The position numbers were made by a program, and so were the translations under genes. Below are positions 44,968 to 52,659 of a stretch of 57,052 nt of DNA, piece after piece. The DNA comes from a virus. A model generated the notes under the pieces. It was not told the DNA's origin and ran no database searches. It saw only the letters and a program-made list of their open reading frames with translations. Location of the stretch: positions 1 through 57,052 of the IMG/VR virus record IMGVR_UViG_3300045988_165774; one strand, 5' to 3'. Every line of letters begins with the position of its first letter. Position 1 is the stretch's first letter.

Positions 44968-45738
44968 ATGAAAGAATTAGTTTTATTTGACAAAACTCAA
45001 AATAGTATTTTGGGTAATGTCAGATCGGACGGCGACATGCTTAGTCTGACAGATTTATGGAAAGCGGCTAATAGCCCAAATAAAAAAGACCCATCTACAT
45101 GGCAACGCCGTGAATCAACAATTGAACTTATTGATACAGTGTGCAATTTTTTAAATACCCTCAAAATGGGGGTTTTGAAATCTAAGCGAGGGAAATCAGA
45201 TGGAGGGACATGGGCGCATAAAAATTTAGCACTTGCTTATGCAAAATGGTTGGATCCCAAACTCCATATTCTAATAAACGAGGTTTTCTTCCAGCGTATC
45301 GAAGAAGAAAAAAATCCCGACCTTATAGCAGATCGGTACATTAAAGCCTACAAAAAGAGAGGTAAGGATGAAAAATGGATTCAAGAACGTTTTGAAGGGA
45401 AAGTAGTACGTAATACATTTACTTCTACTCTTGCAAAACATGGTGTAAAACATGATGGTTTCCGGCAATGTACGAATGCGATTTACTCCCCTTTATTTGG
45501 CGGTAAAACTGATGTAATCAGACAAAAGAAAAACTTACCGGAGAAAGCTAATATCCGTGATAATCTTTCCCGGCTTGAACTTATGTCAGTGAAATTTGCT
45601 GAAGAATTGGCTTCGGAAAATATTAAGAACAATAATCTACAAGGCAACAATGAATGTGCAAAAGCAAGTTTTATTGCTTCAAACGCGGTAAAAGATTGTG
45701 TTTTAAAAAGCAGACAGAAAATAAATCAAACAATATAA
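44968..45738 (+). CDS. KilA-N domain DNA-binding protein, 256 aa
   Basis: LSLTDLWKAANSP ... GGTWAHKNLALAYAKWLDPKLHILINEVF. Confidence 0.7.
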   Translation: MKELVLFDKTQNSILGNVRSDGDMLSLTDLWKAANSPNKKDPSTWQRRESTIELIDTVCNFLNTLKMGVLKSKRGKSDGGTWAHKNLALAYAKWLDPKLHILINEVFFQRIEEEKNPDLIADRYIKAYKKRGKDEKWIQERFEGKVVRNTFTSTLAKHGVKHDGFRQCTNAIYSPLFGGKTDVIRQKKNLPEKANIRDNLSRLELMSVKFAEELASENIKNNNLQGNNECAKASFIASNAVKDCVLKSRQKINQTI

Positions 45739-45740
45739 AT

Positions 45741-45899
45741 ATGGGTAAAATTTCAATTACATACAATGGGGAAAGTATCCTGATTGAATCAGGGAAAAAG
45801 AAGTTAACAATAACAGCAGAACAAGCATATTATTTAAAGGAAATGTTATCTGATATTGATAGTAAATATAATCTAAGACCACAAATCCAAAACAAATAG
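45741..45899 (+). CDS. Small hypothetical protein, 52 aa (ATG at 45741)
   Basis: In-frame ATG of track ORF 45654..45899, just after the stop of the previous gene. Confidence 0.4.
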   Translation: MGKISITYNGESILIESGKKKLTITAEQAYYLKEMLSDIDSKYNLRPQIQNK

Positions 45900-45974
45900 A
45901 ATATAATAGCAATTCAATAACTCAAACTAGAGGGGTGTAATGCCCCTCCCTAAAATTAATAAGTTCAAACAACC

Positions 45975-46238
45975 ATGATCCCCAACAAAACCAGTAAAGA
46001 CTACAAGCGGCTCAAGGAGCTGCTTGATAAAGGAGAAAAAATAACTGTATTTTTCTTGCATAAATCAGGGTATGGAACTGAGCAGAAAATACGCAAAACA
46101 GCAGAAAAGAAATATAACGAAATAGCACACTGTGACGGATATTTTATAGGCCCAATGACCATATTCCCTTTCAGTCAAAAACCTTTTGAATACTACTGTG
46201 AAAAATACAATGTTGAATTCATAGAGCCAAATTTATGA
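45975..46238 (+). CDS. Hypothetical protein, 87 aa
   Basis: ORF track. Confidence 0.5.
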   Translation: MIPNKTSKDYKRLKELLDKGEKITVFFLHKSGYGTEQKIRKTAEKKYNEIAHCDGYFIGPMTIFPFSQKPFEYYCEKYNVEFIEPNL

Positions 46239-46262
46239 AAGACCAATCTTTATTTCATAGAC

Positions 46263-46691
46263 ATGAAAATTTATATAATTCTAATCCACGAGATCCCTTT
46301 TGTTCATGATATTATGGACAAAGTGGACCTTACAGAAAGAGGGAGTAAAGTGTATGTCAAATTCAGGACGATTAAAATGGAATCACATGATGAAAGTGAA
46401 GATAATTTCAAGAAAATAGTAGAACATATATGTTTTAAGCAGCATAAAGAACTTCAAAATCCGGATGGGATAGGTAAACCTGTATTTGTATATGCTGTCT
46501 CAAACAAATCTCATCGTATTGTTTATTTCAGGAAAGGCATAAATCAGATCTCAGACGGTGAAAAGATATATATGTTTGATGATGTGATTTCTCATTTCTT
46601 ATCTGTTCAGACAGATAACATGAGAAGAGTTATGAATGTCGGGAATGAAATTAATGGAAAATTTTGTCCGATAAAATGCTATAAATACTAA
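46263..46691 (+). CDS. Hypothetical protein, 142 aa
   Basis: ORF track. Confidence 0.5.
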   Translation: MKIYIILIHEIPFVHDIMDKVDLTERGSKVYVKFRTIKMESHDESEDNFKKIVEHICFKQHKELQNPDGIGKPVFVYAVSNKSHRIVYFRKGINQISDGEKIYMFDDVISHFLSVQTDNMRRVMNVGNEINGKFCPIKCYKY

Positions 46692-46700
46692 TACTTAAAG

Positions 46701-46847
46701 ATGAGAAAAATGACTAGTATAAATCTATGTAGATGCCCTTATCGTGGATCTTGCCACTACGAAGCAGTGAATTTTATATCCGCATCTAGTTGTTACTATA
46801 TTGATCGATGGAGGCTGTTTTGGTATGACTATAGTTTAAATATTTAA
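46701..46847 (+). CDS. Small Cys-rich ORF, 48 aa (below the track cutoff)
   Basis: Manual translation gives MRKMTSINLCRCPYRGSCHYEAVNFISASSCYYIDRWRLFWYDYSLNI. Confidence 0.3.
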   Translation: MRKMTSINLCRCPYRGSCHYEAVNFISASSCYYIDRWRLFWYDYSLNI

Positions 46848-46857
46848 ATAAAAAGCT

Positions 46858-47196
46858 ATGACACAGGAAGAAAAAGATATCTTATTAAAAGATTTAAGTA
46901 CAAGACTTCCATATGGAGTTAAGGTTCAACTTAGTACAAACGAGGTTGGTATACTGCATCAGGTAGCAAAAAGAACTTGTACTGTATTTATAAAAAACAG
47001 GATTACTCCTCCTGATTTTTTCGATGTACGTATAAATGATATTAAGCCGTATTTATTCCCATTGTCTTCTTTGACGGAAGAGCAGAAAGAGAAACTTGCA
47101 GATATGGAAATAGTATCTGAAGAATTTCTCGGTGTAAAGGCAGTTGGTTTATGGCAACAGATCGCAGTGGAGGAAGACATGTTGGTACACAAATAG
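46858..47196 (+). CDS. Hypothetical protein, 112 aa
   Basis: ORF track. A short N-terminal look-alike fragment lies at 44268-44348. Confidence 0.5.
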   Translation: MTQEEKDILLKDLSTRLPYGVKVQLSTNEVGILHQVAKRTCTVFIKNRITPPDFFDVRINDIKPYLFPLSSLTEEQKEKLADMEIVSEEFLGVKAVGLWQQIAVEEDMLVHK

Positions 47197-47398
47197 AACC
47201 TCTATACTGTCATAAAGCCGCAGTAGAAGAACTTATAGAACATTTTGGTGGTGACATTAATGTCGGGAGCAAATAAAATAATCCTTTAATAGAAACATTT
47301 TCGAATATGAGAAAAGCAAAAATAATAAAAGGAGACCTATGTCATATCCTGTGTGATGATGAAGTATATGTACATGAGTGAATTTATTGAGGAATTAA

Positions 47399-47656
47399 AT
47401 GAATAACCTTATTTATCTGCCTAAATTTCATGCTGGGCAAAAGGCATATCTACATTATGGTGTTGGTTCATGTTTCCTTGTAAAAATACTAGATATATAC
47501 AGATATAATGAAGAGTGGTACTATGATGTTGATGCATCATCTTATAGCCGAGGTATGAAATTAGGATACGTGAGTGAGAAATATCTTACGAAAAAAAGTT
47601 ATCAAAAACCTGATTGTAGATACTCAACAAAAACGATTCAAAAACTAAATGAATAA
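47399..47656 (+). CDS. Hypothetical protein, 85 aa
   Basis: ORF track. Confidence 0.5.
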   Translation: MNNLIYLPKFHAGQKAYLHYGVGSCFLVKILDIYRYNEEWYYDVDASSYSRGMKLGYVSEKYLTKKSYQKPDCRYSTKTIQKLNE

Positions 47657-47658
47657 AT

Positions 47659-47997
47659 ATGAAAGCACTTGAAATTTATAAACCTCCATTCCGGATATCA
47701 GAACCATACATATTCTCATCTAATGGTGTTATGGCATTTATGATCCTTACAAGAAACAATGAACTTATCAGGAATATTTGTGATACACTAAGCAATGAAG
47801 ATACACATCTGAATTTGGGAAATATAACGTATGCAAACGATGTGTTCATACAAAAAGATAACGAAAACATATTATTATTGCGTGGATGGGGACATTTAAC
47901 CGGAGGAGGAGCTTTGAACTTACCAGATAAAGAAGCTATCCAGATACAAAATGAATTTCGGGACTGGGTTATTAGCAAATTAAAGGGAAAGAAGTAG
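47659..47997 (+). CDS. Hypothetical protein, 112 aa
   Basis: ORF track. Last plus-strand gene of the early region. Confidence 0.5.
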   Translation: MKALEIYKPPFRISEPYIFSSNGVMAFMILTRNNELIRNICDTLSNEDTHLNLGNITYANDVFIQKDNENILLLRGWGHLTGGGALNLPDKEAIQIQNEFRDWVISKLKGKK

Positions 47998-48015
47998 CGA
48001 GGTTAGTCCTCGCTA
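47995..48015. terminator. Hairpin between convergent genes (bidirectional terminator-like)
   Basis: TAGCGAGG-TTAGT-CCTCGCTA. The same stem sequence is used by the terminator at 22011-22031. Confidence 0.5.
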
Positions 48016-48786
48016 TTACTTAGTTTGTTTCCTTCTAGGTGGTATTTTGGGAGACTTCATTCCGTCAATATGTTCAAATAGAGAGTTATCTACATGAGCC
48101 ATCATAGGATCCAAGATAAAATCAATGCCTTCCCTTCTCGCTAATTTAGATGCTGGAACAAAATCAGCATCACCAGATATAAGTACAATTCTATCAACAA
48201 AATGCTTTAATGATAAAGAAGCAATATCTACCCCTATCTTCATATCTATACTTTTTTGCCTTAATTCGTAATAAACATCACTTTCTTGTAAGTCCTCTAT
48301 TTTCAATGAACCAGATAATAATTCCTTTATTTTATTTGGTCTTATTTGCCAATTGCCAGAATCCTTAAGATATCCTAGTCTAAGTGCAACTTTTCTTTTT
48401 TGTTTTAAGGCTTCAAATATTTTATTCCTAAATATAGCTTCAGGACTTCTCTCAAAAACAATACATTTTTTAGAAATAGGATTATGAACTCTTTTTGAAA
48501 AAGGTACACAGTCGTAGAAAAATATACGATAAAGATAATTTTCTTTCCCAACATGTGAATGAGCTAATGTATAAATGTCATCAGCAACTTCCTCAGGAGT
48601 TTTGTTTTTTCCCTTATTATATAAATAATTATATCTTTTAATAAAAAATCCTCCGTCTATTAGAACAGCTATTTTGACTGGTGCACTAAAATTAGATTCT
48701 GGCTTATTGTTTGATTTCATATCATTATAAAAAACAAAGGCTCTTGGGTCGGCATGCTCATTATTAAACCAAAATTGGTAGAACAT
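48016..48786 (-). CDS. NYN/LabA-like (PIN-fold) RNase domain protein, 256 aa
   Basis: KIAVLIDGGFF ... RIVLISGDADFVPASKLARREGIDF pattern. Isolated AT-rich minus-strand gene. Confidence 0.65.
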   Translation of the reverse strand: MFYQFWFNNEHADPRAFVFYNDMKSNNKPESNFSAPVKIAVLIDGGFFIKRYNYLYNKGKNKTPEEVADDIYTLAHSHVGKENYLYRIFFYDCVPFSKRVHNPISKKCIVFERSPEAIFRNKIFEALKQKRKVALRLGYLKDSGNWQIRPNKIKELLSGSLKIEDLQESDVYYELRQKSIDMKIGVDIASLSLKHFVDRIVLISGDADFVPASKLARREGIDFILDPMMAHVDNSLFEHIDGMKSPKIPPRRKQTK

Positions 48787-48912
48787 ACGAAGCCAAGAGC
48801 ATAATTATGCCACAAATATAGATTCTGGAAATATGATTTACAAACAAAAAATCCAGAAAATCATTTTATAATGGCATTTTTAACATATACGCATCAACAT
48901 TGCATAAAGTTA

Positions 48913-48940
48913 CAAAAAAGAGGGGACACAACTCCCCTCT
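48913..48940 (-). terminator. Intrinsic terminator of the 49692->48982 operon
   Basis: Minus strand AGAGGGGA-GTTGTG-TCCCCTCT followed by TTTTTT. Confidence 0.7.
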
Positions 48941-48981
48941 CACACCTTCCGATATGTTCACGACTAAATATTTACGCGGCC

Positions 48982-49077
48982 TTACAGGCATCTTAAAGCA
49001 AACAGGGCTATTTCGCTGATATAGCTGCTTGCTGCGTTGTCGGCTAAGTTTACAAGTATGTCAAACTTTTCGGTCAT
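48982..49077 (-). CDS. Small ORF, 31 aa (below the track cutoff)
   Basis: Manual translation gives MTEKFDILVNLADNAASSYISEIALFALRCL. 7 nt after the upstream stop. Confidence 0.25.
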   Translation of the reverse strand: MTEKFDILVNLADNAASSYISEIALFALRCL

Positions 49078-49084
49078 GATGTGT

Positions 49085-49249
49085 TTAATTCTTTTCGTTT
49101 GCTAGGATCTTTTTTATCTTTTCATCATTAAATCCGAACATTGCTGCAAATTTCTTAAATGCATCCCGTTGTCCGGCAGGAATTAAAGCATACAGACTAT
49201 TTATTGGTGTATTGCTTTTCAATGCTTTTTTCAGCTGTTTATTCTTCAT
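49085..49249 (-). CDS. Small hypothetical protein, 54 aa (ATG at 49249)
   Basis: ATGA start/stop overlap with the upstream gene. The track ORF's GTG extension is rejected. Confidence 0.45.
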   Translation of the reverse strand: MKNKQLKKALKSNTPINSLYALIPAGQRDAFKKFAAMFGFNDEKIKKILANEKN

Positions 49250-49680
49250 TTTAATAATTCTTTTTTCTTTTTCTTGCAACAATGGCACTCACAAAGGAAG
49301 TTCTTTGCTATGTCCCATGTCGCTTCCACAATGTCCTGTCCTAAGTATTGTATTTCTTCTCCGTATGGCGTAATATCAAAAGCCTGACAAATATGTGTAG
49401 CAAGATGCCCGCACTCATGCCGCCAAGATTTCTCAAACTCCTTTGCAGAGGATGTAATGGCAATGACCATTACTGTTTTTCTATCCCGGAAGTTGGAATA
49501 TGTGACGCCGGTATTCATTTTGTCGGAACTCATATTGTCATAGGCTGTACGAAGCATATCTCCGTCACATCCGATGGAATACATATTGTCTATTATCTCG
49601 TCAATATAGTATGAGTCAATGGCATAATATACGGAAACATTCCAACGATACTTAGACAATATAAATTTCTGTCTTATCAT
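49246..49680 (-). CDS. HExxH zinc-metallopeptidase-like protein (possibly ImmA/IrrE-like), 144 aa from the ATG at 49680
   Basis: WRHECGHLATH motif. The track start at 49692 is TTG. Confidence 0.45.
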   Translation of the reverse strand: MIRQKFILSKYRWNVSVYYAIDSYYIDEIIDNMYSIGCDGDMLRTAYDNMSSDKMNTGVTYSNFRDRKTVMVIAITSSAKEFEKSWRHECGHLATHICQAFDITPYGEEIQYLGQDIVEATWDIAKNFLCECHCCKKKKKELLK

Positions 49681-49703
49681 TTTAATAACCAATCAAATTA
49701 TCG

Positions 49704-49790
49704 TATATTTGTATTCGGAAACGGATAGTTGGGGAGTAGCTACCCCGATGAAAGGCGAAGCTAAGACGCTTTCCGTTTCTTTATATTCTT
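49704..49790 (+). promoter_or_regulatory. -7 box TATATTTG plus structured leader ending in a T-rich tract, upstream of the AP2 gene
   Basis: TATATTTG at 49704-11. Helix GGAAACGGA 49717-25 / TCCGTTTCT 49772-80 encloses two small hairpins and is followed by TTATATTCTT. Confidence 0.4.
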
Positions 49791-49813
49791 AGCACAGCTT
49801 AATTCTTAGCAAA

Positions 49814-50968
49814 ATGAACCCTTCAAACAAACTCACAACAGAACAGTTTATTTCCAAAGCAAAATCTATTCATGGTGATAAATTTGATTACTCAAAGACC
49901 AAGTATGTCAATGGTGAAACAAAAGTTTGCATAATTTGTCCTACTCATGGCGAATCGTGGATATTTCCTAATCAACATCTTATAGGATTTGGTTGCCGAA
50001 GATGTGGGTATGAAAACCGAAAAAAGTCTAAATGCAAACCAACAGAAGTTTTTATAAAGTCCGCAAAGAAAGTTCATGGAGATTTATATGATTACTCTAT
50101 GACTATTTATAGAGGGCAAAAGAAACCTATAACTTTTATTTGTCCCAAACATGGAACTATAACAATGAATGCTGGGAATCACCTACACGGTCATGGTTGC
50201 CCAAAATGTGGAATAGAGAAACGATCTAATTCTCTATTGTCCACAACAGAGTCTTTTATTGAACGGGCTACGAAAGTCCATAACGGGAAATACGATTATT
50301 CCAAGGCAGTATATCAAGGTATTAGTACTAAGACCTGCATAACCTGTCCTAAACACGGTGAGTTTTGGCAAACACCTAACAGCCACTTAAATGGAGCAGA
50401 ATGTCCTAAATGCGGATATTTAAAGACAAAGAGCAATGTGTGTGGATCAGGCATAAACGACATTGATCACTATGCTACTTCTATATGCTATAGGAAGTGG
50501 AAGTCGATATTGGAACGTACTTCTCCAACATATAAACATAAGGCATACGATAAAGTCTATATTTGCGATGAATGGCGTATATTTTCAAACTTTAAGGAGT
50601 GGTTTGATAAAAACTACATTGAGGGAGGTGCTATTGACAAAGATTTATTGTCACCTCCAGATAATAAGATTTACTCACCACGTACTTGTTGCTTCTTGCC
50701 TCGTATTATCAACAACGCCATAAAGAAATCCCCAACAAATAATAAAACCGGCATAAGAACGACATCGAATGGGCGTTATCGTGTTATCCTATCTGCTAAT
50801 TCTAAACAATCCCTTGTTGGATATTTCAATTCTTTAGAAGAAGCTCGACTTGCCTACAAGCTGGCTAAAAAACAATACATCAAAGAACTCTCTGAAAAGT
50901 ATTTCAGAGAGGGCAAGATAACCGAGAGGGTATATAATGCCCTAATGAAATACGAGATTGTGGATTAA
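49814..50968 (+). CDS. Zinc-ribbon-repeat protein with a C-terminal AP2-like DNA-binding domain (homing-endonuclease-associated architecture), 384 aa
   Basis: Four repeats of F..KA..VHG.KYDYS...Y......CP.HG......HL.G.GCP.CG. C-terminus TGIRTTSNGRYRVILSANSKQSLVGYFNSLEEARLAYKLA is AP2-like. Confidence 0.55.
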   Translation: MNPSNKLTTEQFISKAKSIHGDKFDYSKTKYVNGETKVCIICPTHGESWIFPNQHLIGFGCRRCGYENRKKSKCKPTEVFIKSAKKVHGDLYDYSMTIYRGQKKPITFICPKHGTITMNAGNHLHGHGCPKCGIEKRSNSLLSTTESFIERATKVHNGKYDYSKAVYQGISTKTCITCPKHGEFWQTPNSHLNGAECPKCGYLKTKSNVCGSGINDIDHYATSICYRKWKSILERTSPTYKHKAYDKVYICDEWRIFSNFKEWFDKNYIEGGAIDKDLLSPPDNKIYSPRTCCFLPRIINNAIKKSPTNNKTGIRTTSNGRYRVILSANSKQSLVGYFNSLEEARLAYKLAKKQYIKELSEKYFREGKITERVYNALMKYEIVD

Positions 50969-51384
50969 GTTATTTCTTCCCAATCCACCGGTTCACCTTT
51001 TGCGTCACAATCAACGAGCCATTTTCTAAACCAATTCCCACCAGGGTTGTCAGGGTCATCAATGGCACTTTTAACAAACAATGCCATATTTGCATCGTCG
51101 GGCACTCCTGATTTCAAGTAATCAGCCCGGCACATATTAAGAACGTACACAAAATCGTACCCTTTGTTGTGCTCGAGTTTAATCCCATACTTGGTTAGAA
51201 ACTCCTCAGCTTGTGATTTGGAATAAGGTTCTATGGCTTCTTTCTTACCGGTAGCCGCATTGATACGCCGCATTTCCTTAACTGCGCATTCACAAGCCTT
51301 ACGGCTGAACGACCAGCCCCAATTCCGCAGATAGGCTTTCATTTCACGCGGCTTGTCATCATACAAATCCAAAGGTTCTTTCAT
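50965..51384 (-). CDS. Hypothetical protein, 139 aa
   Basis: ORF track. Last gene of the minus-strand block. Confidence 0.55.
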   Translation of the reverse strand: MKEPLDLYDDKPREMKAYLRNWGWSFSRKACECAVKEMRRINAATGKKEAIEPYSKSQAEEFLTKYGIKLEHNKGYDFVYVLNMCRADYLKSGVPDDANMALFVKSAIDDPDNPGGNWFRKWLVDCDAKGEPVDWEEIT

Positions 51385-51432
51385 ATCTTTTACTTTTAAA
51401 AGGAGCGGAGTATATCCGCCCCTTAACTACAC

Positions 51433-51714
51433 TTAACGATAACGGGAGTATCTTCCGGTACCTCTTACACCGCGTCTTTGGTTCATTCCACCGGGATAAC
51501 CTCCACGGTTTCCGTATCCACCACGGCCATACCCGCCGCGTTCACCCATTTCATCATCGTCGTAATCATCTTCGTCGTATTCGCGTTGCCCCATGCTTTC
51601 CCCTTCAGAAAGTTCCTCCAGGCATTGCATCAGTTTGCCACCATAGCGAAGCATCTTTTCTGCATAGTCGGACATCTTCTCGACTTTGTTTTCAGATATT
51701 TCTACCATATACAT
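51433..51714 (-). CDS. Hypothetical protein with an acidic middle and an RGG/Gly-Tyr-rich tail, 93 aa
   Basis: ...EYDEDDYDDDEMGERGGYGRGGYGNRGGYPGG... Confidence 0.5.
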   Translation of the reverse strand: MYMVEISENKVEKMSDYAEKMLRYGGKLMQCLEELSEGESMGQREYDEDDYDDDEMGERGGYGRGGYGNRGGYPGGMNQRRGVRGTGRYSRYR

Positions 51715-51717
51715 AGC

Positions 51718-52251
51718 TTATTGTTTTTTAGAATTGTTACTACCAGATGCCTTTTCGGAAGACTTAAAGAAATCAGCCATCATTGCTTTCAGTTCACTCA
51801 ACTCTTGTCTTAGGGCTTTATTCTCTGCATCCTGACGTTGGCGCTCTGCAAATTCCGGATTAAGAATTTGAAGCATCTTGTCGCAAGACTCCAGAACTGA
51901 ATGGTGATGGTCTACGCTGCCTAATATCTCCGATGAACGGTTTCTCATTGCAGCAACTTCCGCGTTCATAGATTCCCGTGAACCGGATATCACCATATTC
52001 CCACCACCGGGAAAGTTCGCATCAGCAATGTCTGACATTGCCGGTATTTTCTGGAAAGTGACAGTCTGCTCCCCGACCTTGATTGTTATGTCGACCACCA
52101 TTCTCGGAGGTTGTCCATAAGGAAGAGGTTGTTGCATAAACTCCGGTACGGGATTGGAAACCCCGGTTACGGAACCGACTTCAATATATGGAGTGCCGTC
52201 CTTATGAAGGACAAAGAACTCGCTGTTTATTCTTAAATTCTGAAAAGGCAT
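51718..52251 (-). CDS. Hypothetical protein, 177 aa
   Basis: ORF track. C-terminal coiled coil. Confidence 0.55.
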   Translation of the reverse strand: MPFQNLRINSEFFVLHKDGTPYIEVGSVTGVSNPVPEFMQQPLPYGQPPRMVVDITIKVGEQTVTFQKIPAMSDIADANFPGGGNMVISGSRESMNAEVAAMRNRSSEILGSVDHHHSVLESCDKMLQILNPEFAERQRQDAENKALRQELSELKAMMADFFKSSEKASGSNNSKKQ

Positions 52252-52299
52252 AATTAATTAACTCTTTAATGGACGGGATTTCTCCCGTCCTTAGTTGTT

Positions 52300-52641
52300 T
52301 TAAACCACTCCGGTCATAATCTGCAACGTGTTGGTTGCACGGTCAAACCAGAACTCATACACACCAGTACCGGGAATGTCTGCCACAGTCAGCGTTCCCC
52401 CGTTATATTTAGTGATCGCCTGGGTAGCCCCATTGGTCTCGAACAGAATGGGAAGTGTGCCGGTTGTCCCGGTAGGTATCGTCTGGGCAATGTTAATGTA
52501 TATCGTCCCTCTGTACCATGCGTTCACAAAAGCATGATTGGGGAAGGAAAACACCACATTAGCAGTATTGACCGTTACGCCCGAGGTCGATATAGCCGCA
52601 GAGCCCCTACGGTTTACGAATTGAAAAGGATATACTGCCAT
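52300..52641 (-). CDS. Hypothetical beta-rich protein, 113 aa (ATG at 52641)
   Basis: A strong GAAAGGAGG Shine-Dalgarno-like sequence lies 5-13 nt upstream of this ATG. The track start at 52659 is TTG. Confidence 0.55.
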   Translation of the reverse strand: MAVYPFQFVNRRGSAAISTSGVTVNTANVVFSFPNHAFVNAWYRGTIYINIAQTIPTGTTGTLPILFETNGATQAITKYNGGTLTVADIPGTGVYEFWFDRATNTLQIMTGVV

Positions 52642-52659
52642 AATAGCCTCCTTTCTCAA

